Of a stretch of 42,037 nt of DNA, positions 1-7,673 are shown piece after piece (the first letter of the stretch is position 1; each line of letters opens with the position of its first letter). Location: UHGV virus genome UHGV-1350584. The stretch is one strand, 5' to 3'. Source of the stretch: a virus. The notes beneath the pieces are model-generated. The model made no database searches and had not been told where the DNA came from. It was given only the letters and a program-made list of their open reading frames with translations. The translations under genes were made by a program, and so were the position numbers.

Positions 1-125
1 ATATCACGACTAATCCTGATGTTTTAGGCATATTAGATGAAACTTCTGAAGGATCTATAGAGGTTAAATATATCTATAATGATCATTCTATCGAAGATAA
101 AAAGTTAATAAAAAAAAATAAATAA
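1..125 (+). CDS. 3' fragment of an upstream late gene (tail-fibre region, frame 3), ending ...DHSIEDKKLIKKNK*
   Basis: Frame 3 is open from the window edge to TAA at 123-125. The genome is circularly permuted, so this is the end of the fibre gene block that runs off the right edge. Confidence 0.35.
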   Translation, partial: ITTNPDVLGILDETSEGSIEVKYIYNDHSIEDKKLIKKNK

Positions 126-133
126 ACTCAAGT

Positions 134-160
134 CAACGCTTTGCGTTGGCTTTTTATTTT
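134..160 (+). terminator. Rho-independent terminator upstream of the holin
   Basis: CAACGC..GCGTTG hairpin (135-148) followed by a TTTTTATTTT run. Confidence 0.45.
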
Positions 161-181
161 AACTAAAAGGAGCATAAATAA

Positions 182-478
182 ATGAAAGCAAAAGTAATAA
201 CTAGATATGCGGTATTAGTTTTAGCATTAATCAATCAGTTTTTAGCAAACAAAGGTATTAGTCCGATTCCAGTAGATGAAGAAACAATTTCGTCTATCAT
301 CTTAACTGTCATCGCTTTATATACAACGTATAAAGACAATCCAACTACGAAAGAAGGGCGTTGGGCTAATCAAAAACTTAAAAAGTACAAAGCAGAAAAG
401 AAATATCGTAACGCAACAGGTCAAGCACCAGTTACAAACGAAAACGTAGAACCTACGAATTTAGACGAATTAGGGTAG
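182..478 (+). CDS. hol: Phage holin (phi11-type, 98 aa)
   Basis: RBS AAAGGAG 8 nt upstream. Two or three hydrophobic helices (AVLVLALINQFLA, ISSIILTVIALYTTY) and a charged C-terminus. It sits directly upstream of the endolysin. Confidence 0.8.
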   Translation: MKAKVITRYAVLVLALINQFLANKGISPIPVDEETISSIILTVIALYTTYKDNPTTKEGRWANQKLKKYKAEKKYRNATGQAPVTNENVEPTNLDELG

Positions 479-487
479 GTGGCACAT

Positions 488-1951
488 ATGTTAATGACTA
501 AATCTCAAGCGGAAAAATGGCTTGATAATTCAGAAGGTAAACAATATAACTTTGACAATTATGCAGGTTTTCAGTGTTACGATTACGCAAATGCATTTTT
601 TAATGCAGTCACAGGTGCTAGATTAACAGGTTTATATGCGAAAAACATACCATTTGATAATGAAAAGGTAATAAGCAAATATGCAAAAGTGATTAAAAAC
701 TATGATTCTTTCTTACCTCGAAAAACTGATATAGCAGTGTTTAACGGTGGCTATGGCGGTGGTGCTGGTCACGTTGCACCAGTAACGCGAGCAACACTCA
801 CACAATTTGAAGTGTTAGAGCAAAATTGGAACGGACAAGGTTGGACAAATGGTGTAGCATCTCCGGGCTGGGGTCCCGAAAGAGTAACAAGACGTTGGCA
901 CTATTATGATGATCCTATGTACTTTATTCGATTTGAATTCCCAAGTAATATCAATGCAGGTAAGAAAGCAAAAAAAATTATCAAGAACGCAGTATCTAAA
1001 AATGAGAAAGCAAAAGCTAAAATTAAACCTAAGAAAATTATGATTGTTGCAGGCCACGGATATAGTGATCCAGGAGCGGTTGGAAATGGTACAAACGAAC
1101 GCGATTTCATTCGTAAAAACATCACACCTCATGTTGCGAGTTATTTACGACAATCAGGCCACGAAGTAGCTTTATATGGTGGTACTAAACAGTCGCAAGA
1201 TATGTATCAAGATACTGCTTACGGTCAGAATGTAGGTAATAGGTCAGATTACGGTATGTATTGGGTTAAAAAACAAAAATACGATATTATAGCAGAATTC
1301 CATTTGGACGAAGCAGGTGCGTCTGCGTCGGGCGGTCATGTTATCATCTCTAGTGCGTTCAGTGCAGATAGAATTGATAAAGACATACAAAAAGTGATTA
1401 AAGATAATGTAGGTCAGATCAGAGACATCACACCAAGAAACGACTTACTAAACGCTAATGTTTCGGCAGAAATCAACATGAATTATCGTTTAACTGAATT
1501 AGGTTTTATCACTAACAAAGCTGATATGGATTGGATTAAGAAAAATAGTAAAAAGTATGCTAAGTTGATAGCTGGAGCGATTCACGGTAAGCCTATCGGT
1601 GGTGTGGTCGCTAGTAGTAAGAAACCTAAATCGAAAGATGAAAAGAAACCAGTTGTACCAAATGGTTATGTGTTAGATAAGAATGGTATACCTTACAAAA
1701 AAGAGAGTGGCAAATATACAGTTACGACTGTTAAAGGTAATAACGTAAGAACATCATACAATACGACTGCAACAATTACAGGTGTATTACCGAATGGCAC
1801 ATCTATTATCTATGACGGTGCTTATTGCATAAATGGTTATCGTTGGATAACTTATATTGCGAATAACGGTAAACGTCGTTATATAGCAACAGGCGAAGTA
1901 GATAAAGACGGCAAACGTTTAAATAGTTTTGGTAAATTTAGTGCAGTTTGA
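488..1951 (+). CDS. Endolysin: N-terminal CHAP, central Amidase_3 (MurNAc-L-Ala amidase), C-terminal SH3b wall-binding domain
   Basis: CHAP motifs (FQCYDYANAFF ... GHVAPV). Amidase_3 signature (IVAGHGYSDPGAVGNG ... EFHLDEAG ... TELGFITN). SH3_5-like C-terminus (GYRWITYIANNGKRRYIATGE). ATG at 488 has RBS GGTAGGTGG at a 6-nt spacing, and the in-frame GTG at 479 lies inside that RBS. Confidence 0.9.
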   Translation: MLMTKSQAEKWLDNSEGKQYNFDNYAGFQCYDYANAFFNAVTGARLTGLYAKNIPFDNEKVISKYAKVIKNYDSFLPRKTDIAVFNGGYGGGAGHVAPVTRATLTQFEVLEQNWNGQGWTNGVASPGWGPERVTRRWHYYDDPMYFIRFEFPSNINAGKKAKKIIKNAVSKNEKAKAKIKPKKIMIVAGHGYSDPGAVGNGTNERDFIRKNITPHVASYLRQSGHEVALYGGTKQSQDMYQDTAYGQNVGNRSDYGMYWVKKQKYDIIAEFHLDEAGASASGGHVIISSAFSADRIDKDIQKVIKDNVGQIRDITPRNDLLNANVSAEINMNYRLTELGFITNKADMDWIKKNSKKYAKLIAGAIHGKPIGGVVASSKKPKSKDEKKPVVPNGYVLDKNGIPYKKESGKYTVTTVKGNNVRTSYNTTATITGVLPNGTSIIYDGAYCINGYRWITYIANNGKRRYIATGEVDKDGKRLNSFGKFSAV

Positions 1952-1980
1952 TATAATTAAATTACCACGTCATTATACAA

Positions 1981-2005
1981 GGGTAGTCAGTACGGCTACC
2001 CTCTT
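1981..2005 (+). terminator. Hairpin 30 nt after the endolysin stop
   Basis: GGGTAGtC-agtac-GgCTACCC stem-loop followed by a U-rich or AU-rich tail. Confidence 0.4.
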
Positions 2006-2147
2006 ATAAATTATAATTATGTCTATAATATGAAGATGTTAGATTGATATTAAAAAAACATAGTTTAACACTACATTGGTTACACGGTCTGTGCTACAAT
2101 TAAATTACATACAATTTAATCTTTTTTACTTCTTTATAATTTTCTCT

Positions 2148-2177
2148 ACCACGTTCTTAATGGGCGTGGTTTTTTTG
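2148..2177 (+). terminator. Strong rho-independent terminator closing the lysis operon before attP
   Basis: ACCACG ttcttaatggg CGTGGT stem followed by TTTTTTT. Confidence 0.6.
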
Positions 2178-2360
2178 TGTACACGTGTCAAATACGTGTC
2201 AAAATAGTTATACTCTTTTAGTTTTATTTAGAAAATAAATCTTTGAAAACACTGTATTTATGGCTATTTAGTTTTATTTAGAAATTTATTTTTATCCCTC
2301 CGTTTCCGTACTATACCGTTGATATGACGGGCTTTCGAGAGAGTAAGTGTCAAATAAGTG

Positions 2361-3410
2361 TCAAGAGAATATTTCTCTGACACGTTGGCCTTGCTCTTTT
2401 TTATGTTCTTCTAATAAATGTGAATACGTGTCTAACGTTTGTGATATAGTAGCGTGACCTAAACGTTTACTTATATACTCGATTGGTATTCCTTTAGATA
2501 GTAAGTAAGATGTGTGCGTATGTCTGAGTGAATAGGGAGTTATATTATTATCGTTTAATCCTATCACTTCTTTAGCTTTTCTAAATGCTTTACTTACTGA
2601 TGTATGACTAACCGAGAATAACTTGCCATCAATTCTACGCGGCATTTTAGCTAATTTTGAATTTATGTGCATGATATCTTTTGAATTAACTTCTACATCA
2701 CGTTTTGAATTCTTTGTTTTCGTTCCAGGCAAATGAATTATGCCATTCGCTTTGTTTAGATCTTTGTAAGTCATATTGATGACATCGCTATATCTTGCGC
2801 CAGTAATGCCTAATAGATATAGCAAAACATAACTTTCTTCATCTCTTTTCTTGAAATAATCTAGCAAGTTTAAATAGTCTTTTATCGTAATAAACTTAAA
2901 TTTCTCATCTTTAGCTTTTTCAGTCCCTTTGATATTTACATTATAAGTAGGGTCTTTCTTCAAATAGCCATCGTATAACGCGTCTCTAATACATCTAGCA
3001 AGACAACCGTGAACTTTTCTTACTGTTTCATCAGTGTGACCTTGTGCGTATTGATTTAAAAACTTTTGATACTCACTACGTGTGATATTTTTAACTAACA
3101 TATTTTCTCCGAAATACTCACTGAATAATTTAATCGATCTTTCATACCAGTAGAATTGTTTGCTAGATAACTGTTTCTTGTTCTTAATTTTTATCCAGTC
3201 ATCGTAGTAGTCAATGAATTTTTTATTATCTTCAATGTTGTTGCCATCTTCTAAATCTCTAATAAATTGTTGTGCTGCGTTTGTAGCCTCAGCTTTTGTT
3301 TTAAATCCAGATTTACGTTTTTTGCCAGATTTCAAACTAGGGTGTTTAACATCATATTGCCATGATGAGCTTTTCTTATTTTTGCGTTTGGTTACTGTAA
3401 ATGTTGCCAT
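2361..3410 (-). CDS. int: Tyrosine site-specific integrase
   Basis: 349 aa. The C-terminal catalytic region has the R...HxLRHT...Y signature (LRHTHTSYLLSKGIPIEYISKRLGHATISQTLDTYSHL). RBS AGGAGG upstream on the minus strand. It is adjacent to attP. Confidence 0.9.
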   Translation of the reverse strand: MATFTVTKRKNKKSSSWQYDVKHPSLKSGKKRKSGFKTKAEATNAAQQFIRDLEDGNNIEDNKKFIDYYDDWIKIKNKKQLSSKQFYWYERSIKLFSEYFGENMLVKNITRSEYQKFLNQYAQGHTDETVRKVHGCLARCIRDALYDGYLKKDPTYNVNIKGTEKAKDEKFKFITIKDYLNLLDYFKKRDEESYVLLYLLGITGARYSDVINMTYKDLNKANGIIHLPGTKTKNSKRDVEVNSKDIMHINSKLAKMPRRIDGKLFSVSHTSVSKAFRKAKEVIGLNDNNITPYSLRHTHTSYLLSKGIPIEYISKRLGHATISQTLDTYSHLLEEHKKEQGQRVREIFS

Positions 3411-3470
3411 TTTCTGTGTTCCTCCTTAAAAAGGTAAAAAATAATAAGGGTAGGCGAGCTACCCGTAAAA

Positions 3471-4052
3471 TTATTCTGCTGGTGTATTTTGAACTTCTTG
3501 TTGTCGTTTAGCCCAACTGTCGTAACCTTCATTTTTTCCTACCCAACCTGGACCACCTACATGTGCGTTTGGATTGTTCCAAACCTTTTCGCTTGCTTTA
3601 CGAGCCTCCTCATACTCTGAACGTCCATATCCCATTTGTGACTCATCGTGTGTGGTAGGTTTTGTTCTATTCCATTCATCGATTTCAGCTTGCGACATAT
3701 AACCGTTATTATTTTGTGGTTGTTGGTTATCGCTTTGTTGAGTGGTTTGCTTGCCTTGTATGCGTTCATTGTTTCCATTATTGCTTTGTGATTTACCATT
3801 ATCGTTTTTAGATGTGCTTTCTGATTCGTTGTTAGTAGTGTCATCACTATTGTTTTTTGATTCAGATTGTTTCTCGTCTTTAGAATCAACTTTCTTATCA
3901 TCTGATTTTTTATCTTTCTTTGGATCGTTAGATTTCTTATCTGATTTACTTTCCGACTTCTTATTATCATCCTTATTTGGTTTGTGTTCGTCTTGACCAC
4001 ATGCACCTAACACTAATAAACTTGCAAATATTAAAAATAGGACCTTTTTCAT
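3471..4052 (-). CDS. Lipoprotein (193 aa) with a long K/D/S-rich low-complexity linker and a small C-terminal domain; lysogeny-module moron
   Basis: Signal peptide plus lipobox MKKVLFLIFASLLVLGAC. RBS AAAGGGG upstream. It lies between int and cI. Confidence 0.7.
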   Translation of the reverse strand: MKKVLFLIFASLLVLGACGQDEHKPNKDDNKKSESKSDKKSNDPKKDKKSDDKKVDSKDEKQSESKNNSDDTTNNESESTSKNDNGKSQSNNGNNERIQGKQTTQQSDNQQPQNNNGYMSQAEIDEWNRTKPTTHDESQMGYGRSEYEEARKASEKVWNNPNAHVGGPGWVGKNEGYDSWAKRQQEVQNTPAE

Positions 4053-4075
4053 TTTACATTTCCCCTTTGTTATAT

Positions 4076-4639
4076 TTAATTGTTAGCTATATCATCTGCA
4101 GCTGAATAATCTACAGTTTTTAATTTACTGACATCTATTTTCTTGTTGCCAAGTTTTTTACCTTCTGTTCCTTTAGTAGCTTTAAGTGTCACTTGCTTAT
4201 CATTTTCTAATTCATAAGTGATAATACCTTTAGCAGTTTTACCTTTTTTAATTACATCGCCGTTATGTTTATCCCATTCTTCAAATTTACCAGTGTTTGG
4301 AGTAGGACCGACTTCAAGTTTACTTTCGGTGTTCTCACTATCTTGAACAGCCTCCATTGACGCTATCCATACATTCATTGGCGTTATTTGTTCGTTTCCA
4401 TCTTTACTTTTAACTTCATATTTAAAGGCTAATAATTTCTTTCCGTTATCTAAATCTTTATCGTTTACCAAAAAAGTATCTTTTATTTTTAAAACGGCTT
4501 GATCAAGGACTAAAGTATCGTTAGTGAACTGCACTTTATTTTCATCAACGGAAGTTGATTTTTTTGAGTTGTTATTGTTGTTACTACATGCCACTAAAAC
4601 TAAAAAACAAGATAATAAAATAAATAAAACTTTTTTCAT
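4076..4639 (-). CDS. Lipoprotein (187 aa), paralogous signal peptide; candidate superinfection-exclusion or moron protein
   Basis: MKKVLFILLSCFLVLVACS lipobox, RBS AAAGGAG, beta-rich mature domain (possibly a DUF4352/DUF5067-like fold). Confidence 0.7.
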   Translation of the reverse strand: MKKVLFILLSCFLVLVACSNNNNNSKKSTSVDENKVQFTNDTLVLDQAVLKIKDTFLVNDKDLDNGKKLLAFKYEVKSKDGNEQITPMNVWIASMEAVQDSENTESKLEVGPTPNTGKFEEWDKHNGDVIKKGKTAKGIITYELENDKQVTLKATKGTEGKKLGNKKIDVSKLKTVDYSAADDIANN

Positions 4640-4690
4640 TCTACATTTCTCCTTTAAATTAATTTATATTAAAGCGCCACTAGGACGCTA

Positions 4691-5329
4691 TTAATCGAAC
4701 TTTTGATAGTTATATATAACTTTACCGATAACTTCTATTTCGTTAGTATTTTCAATGTCATATGTATTTGTTTTGAATTCATCAAAATAGCTAACTGGTT
4801 CTAAATGTAATTTGGTTTCCGTAAGTCTTACACGTTTTACTGTATATTCTCCACCTAATCGTAAAACTAAAATATCATTACTGTTTAATTTATAATCTTG
4901 ATTAATTCTATAGTCATGTACGATTATATACGAACCATTAGCAAGTATTTTATTCATGCTATCGCCGTTAACTTGTAAAGCTATACATTCGCTAGGTTTG
5001 CGACCACTGAAAACAAAAGATGGCGCTTTGAGAGTCTTATTATCAACCGTCATTTCTTCAAAGTTACCAGCAGAAACTTTACCATAATAAGGAATATCAA
5101 TTTCGTTATCGATTTCTGGGATTGTAGCTTCTTCGATTTCTCCTAATAGATATCCTTTTGAAACATGAAACAAACTAGAAATTTTCTCAATCATACCCAT
5201 TCTAGGTTCGTTTTTGCCGTTTTCCCACATTCTAATAGTACCTTCGGAAACATCTAATTTTTTTGCCATTTCAACTTTTGATAATCTATTGTTCAGTCTA
5301 ATTTCTTTGATGGAATGTTTGAAAGCCAT
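4691..5329 (-). CDS. cI: CI-like repressor: N-terminal HTH_XRE plus C-terminal S24 (LexA-like) autopeptidase
   Basis: HTH (LSKVEMAKKLDVSEGTIRMWENGK). S24 Ser-Lys dyad context (VNGDSMNKIL...YTVKRV). Divergent from cro. Confidence 0.9.
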   Translation of the reverse strand: MAFKHSIKEIRLNNRLSKVEMAKKLDVSEGTIRMWENGKNEPRMGMIEKISSLFHVSKGYLLGEIEEATIPEIDNEIDIPYYGKVSAGNFEEMTVDNKTLKAPSFVFSGRKPSECIALQVNGDSMNKILANGSYIIVHDYRINQDYKLNSNDILVLRLGGEYTVKRVRLTETKLHLEPVSYFDEFKTNTYDIENTNEIEVIGKVIYNYQKFD

Positions 5330-5521
5330 TTTAATTACCTTCCTTATATATATGATGTTTTGACACTTATTATTATACTATGAAAAATCGTAATTGCAAC
5401 ATCTAAAATACGATTTATTAAATTAAAGTTACGCATTTTTTAAAATAAATTACGAAAAATACTTGCAATCGTATTTATAATTCGATATACTCTAATCAGA
5501 GCTTAACAAGGAGGTAAAAAA
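5330..5521. promoter_or_regulatory. Divergent PcI/Pcro switch region with candidate operators
   Basis: On the plus strand, Pcro has -35 TTGCAA (5464-5469), a 16-nt spacer and -10 TATACT (5486-5491). On the minus strand, PcI has -35 TTGCAA (5394-5399, a palindrome), a 16-nt spacer and -10 TATAAT (plus-strand 5372-5377). Inverted repeats AAATCGTA (5385-5392) / TACGATTT (5409-5416) and TACGA (5451) / TCGTA (5469) overlap the -35 boxes. Confidence 0.55.
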
Positions 5522-5782
5522 ATGAATCACATAAAACAAAACTTGAAGTTAGATGAATGGCGAAAAAGAAAAGGTTATACTCAATCATCTTTCGCTTATA
5601 AATTAGGAATTTCTCCATCAACTTATAACATTTGGGAGAATAATCCAGAAATCATCAAACCTAAAGACGCATTTAAAATTGCAAAAGTTTTAGAAGTCTC
5701 TATCGACGAGATTATTTTTTTAAAAGATGAATCGTATTTTAAATACGTTTTAGTCGAAGAAAAACAACACCAAACAATTTAA
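5522..5782 (+). CDS. cro: Cro-like HTH_XRE regulator (86 aa)
   Basis: RBS AAGGAGG. HTH motif GYTQSSFAYKLGISPSTYNIWENN. Divergent from cI. Confidence 0.8.
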   Translation: MNHIKQNLKLDEWRKRKGYTQSSFAYKLGISPSTYNIWENNPEIIKPKDAFKIAKVLEVSIDEIIFLKDESYFKYVLVEEKQHQTI

Positions 5783-5797
5783 TAAGGAGGAAATCAA

Positions 5798-6511
5798 ATG
5801 CGAGATTTACAAGTATTTAATTTCGAAGAATTACCAGTAAGAACATTAACAGTAAACGAGGAACCATGTTTTGTAGGGAAAGATGTTGCAGACATTTTAG
5901 GTTACAAAAGAACGGCAGACGCAATCAGAGAACATGTTGATGCTGAAGATAAAGGGGTCGGTAAAATACAGACACCTGGAGGAATGCAAAATGTAACGCT
6001 AATAAATGAATCAGGATTATATAGTTTAATCTTCTCATCAAAATTAGAATCAGCTAAACGTTTCAAACGTTGGGTGACATCAGAAGTTTTACCGACTTTA
6101 AGAAAGACTGGAACTTACCAAGTGCCAAGCGATCCAATGCAAGCACTCAAGTTGATGTTTAAAGCGACGGAACAAACTAAAGAAGAAATTGCGACAGTGA
6201 AAGCAGATGTTATCGATTTGAAAGAAAACCAAAAGTTAGACACAGGAGATTACAACTTATTGTCTAGAACGATTAATCAACGAGTTGCTCACATTCAAAA
6301 GATACATGCAATAACAAATCAAAAACAACGCAGTGAATTATTCCGAGACATCAATTCAGAAGTCAAAAAGATGACAGGCGCAACATCAAGAACAAATGTA
6401 AGACAAAAACACTTTGATGATGTTTTATCAATGGTTGCTAACTGGTTCCCGTCACAAGCGACATTATACAAAATAAAGCAACTAGAAATGGACTTTGAAA
6501 ACGAAGTATAA
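5798..6511 (+). CDS. ant: Antirepressor (Bro-N/KilA-N-type N-terminal domain plus C-terminal antirepressor domain)
   Basis: N-terminus QVFNFEELPVRTLTVNEEPCFVGKDVADILGYKRTADAIREHVD is the Bro-N pattern. RBS AAGGAGG. Confidence 0.75.
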   Translation: MRDLQVFNFEELPVRTLTVNEEPCFVGKDVADILGYKRTADAIREHVDAEDKGVGKIQTPGGMQNVTLINESGLYSLIFSSKLESAKRFKRWVTSEVLPTLRKTGTYQVPSDPMQALKLMFKATEQTKEEIATVKADVIDLKENQKLDTGDYNLLSRTINQRVAHIQKIHAITNQKQRSELFRDINSEVKKMTGATSRTNVRQKHFDDVLSMVANWFPSQATLYKIKQLEMDFENEV

Positions 6512-6523
6512 GGAGTGATAGCA

Positions 6524-6733
6524 ATGGAATACATTGGGTTCGCAGACGCCAAAGAATTCGTAAAAGTAAGTGGCATTTCTAAAAATGATTTAGAAAAGCA
6601 CGTTTATAGCAACAAAGAATTTCAAGAACAATGTATGTACCGATTTGGTAAGAATCATAAACGTTACATCAAGATTAGACCAGCAATTGACTTTATAGAA
6701 CAAAATTTAATGATGTCAGAAACGGCACTTTAG
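6524..6733 (+). CDS. Hypothetical protein (69 aa)
   Basis: ATG at 6524 preceded by AAGGAG. The upstream GTG at 6515 lies inside the RBS. Confidence 0.5.
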   Translation: MEYIGFADAKEFVKVSGISKNDLEKHVYSNKEFQEQCMYRFGKNHKRYIKIRPAIDFIEQNLMMSETAL

Positions 6734-6748
6734 AGGAGGCCAAACAAA

Positions 6749-6898
6749 ATGAACAAGCTACAACTCATTAAAATAGCACTCCTAACAGCGCTTTTGGTAG
6801 AGGAAGTTAGGAATGCTATAGGAAATGAAACGATCGAATTAATCACTAAAAAAGTTAATCAAGCAAACGCCGATAACGCGGAAAAGCACTTATTCTAG
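6749..6898 (+). CDS. Hypothetical small protein (49 aa), not in the ORF track
   Basis: Strong RBS GAGGAGG 7 nt upstream. MNKLQLIKIALLTALLVEEVRNAIGNETIELITKK... Confidence 0.45.
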   Translation: MNKLQLIKIALLTALLVEEVRNAIGNETIELITKKVNQANADNAEKHLF

Positions 6899-6963
6899 CA
6901 GCAAGATGAAACAGTTTCTTGAGGATAATTTCAAAAACATATTTGGATAGGAAGGTGTAAAAG

Positions 6964-7140
6964 ATGAAATATCTATTAAGTTATATGACGATGTTCATCG
7001 CAATGATTATCACATTACTTTTAGGAGGTGGTTTCTTTACGGTAATAGCATTTTCAATGTTAACACTTATTTTTAGCACATTCTTCTGGGAGAAGTGGCT
7101 TGAGATAACAAAAAAGACTGAAACTTGCGCCAACAAGTAA
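6964..7140 (+). CDS. Small membrane protein (58 aa), not in the ORF track
   Basis: RBS GGAAGGTG. Two predicted TM helices (MTMFIAMIITLLLGGGFFTVIAFSMLTLIFSTFFW). Confidence 0.4.
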   Translation: MKYLLSYMTMFIAMIITLLLGGGFFTVIAFSMLTLIFSTFFWEKWLEITKKTETCANK

Positions 7141-7201
7141 CAGTCTAAAATCGAAAATTTATAAAAATATACAACTTAAATATACAAGTGGAGGAGAGAA
7201 A

Positions 7202-7477
7202 ATGCAAGAGATAATTACAGTCAAGTTGACTAGAGAAGAATACTCTCAACTAATCAAAAGCCAAATAGATTTAGATTTCTTGAAAAGTGACTATGACTTT
7301 TTAAACAAACGTTACGAAGATATGTGCGATAAATATTTTGAACTTAGAAAAGATTTCAGAAAAGCTATAGAATCATGCGAAACACAAAACGAAACAATCA
7401 AAGTCATGGATAGAACAATAGATATATTGCGTAAAGGAGTGATTGGGATTGAAAGAAACAGTGACATACCTAATTAA
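7202..7477 (+). CDS. Hypothetical protein (91 aa)
   Basis: RBS GGAGGAG upstream, coiled-coil character. Confidence 0.5.
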   Translation: MQEIITVKLTREEYSQLIKSQIDLDFLKSDYDFLNKRYEDMCDKYFELRKDFRKAIESCETQNETIKVMDRTIDILRKGVIGIERNSDIPN

Positions 7478-7673
7478 ATTGAAAGACGCTCCTTTCGACT
7501 TGTATATCACTAATAAACCTAACAATGAAGAAGATACTTCTTATTCAAGAGATAGACGGAGAGCAAGAGAATTTGCAGGACTAGAAGATGTGAGTATAGA
7601 CATGACTAAGCACAGAGCAATTAAAAAGAAAGTAACAGAAACAACTGAATATGAGGAGGTTGAGTATGACTGA
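7443..7673 (+). CDS. Hypothetical acidic protein (76 aa, TTG start)
   Basis: TTG preceded by AAGGAG. Its stop overlaps the next gene's start. Confidence 0.4.
   Translation: MGLKETVTYLIKLKDAPFDLYITNKPNNEEDTSYSRDRRRAREFAGLEDVSIDMTKHRAIKKKVTETTEYEEVEYD

Larger units (their letters stand above)
1952..2360. other. Putative attP region between endolysin and integrase
   Basis: A 410-bp AT-rich non-coding gap. It has two pairs of phased GTGTCAA repeats (2185-2202 and 2347-2364, 11-bp spacing) that flank two 17-bp direct repeats TTAGTTTTATTTAGAAA (2218-2234, 2268-2284). The palindrome GTGTCAAGAGAatatttCTCTGACAC (2358-2385) overlaps the int stop. Confidence 0.55.

Noticed and set aside
479-487. GTG at 479 as the endolysin start (as in the ORF track)
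   Set aside because: The GTG is embedded in the Shine-Dalgarno sequence. ATG 488 has canonical 6-nt spacing.
815-1132. Minus-strand ORFs (105 and 73 aa) inside the endolysin gene
   Set aside because: They are entirely antisense to a well-supported, domain-rich CDS. They have no RBS and a low-complexity hydrophobic translation typical of AT-rich antisense frames.
1952-2360. Possibility of toxin or immune-evasion cargo (sak/scn/chp, lukSF, eta, sea) between the lysin and att, as in many staphylococcal converting phages
   Set aside because: The gap is only 410 bp of non-coding AT-rich DNA with terminators and att-type repeats. No ORF with an RBS is present.
3557-4006. 149-aa minus-strand ORF and 84-aa plus-strand ORF overlapping the first lipoprotein gene
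   Set aside because: They are alternative frames of the K/D/S-rich low-complexity linker. The lipoprotein frame has the signal peptide and RBS, and the others do not.
3471-4639. Assigning the two lipoproteins to the S. aureus tandem-lipoprotein (Lpl/DUF576) family or to a known virulence factor
   Set aside because: Sizes (187-193 aa) and sequence features do not fit the ~260-aa Lpl family. No confident family assignment is possible from sequence alone.
7651-7665. Track start (ATG 7651) for the annealing-protein gene, and similarly 6515, 10141, 12664, 14322, 38201 and 38706 for their genes
   Set aside because: Each upstream start either lies within the RBS or lacks one. An internal ATG a few codons downstream has a canonical SD at 5-9 nt, so downstream starts were preferred.
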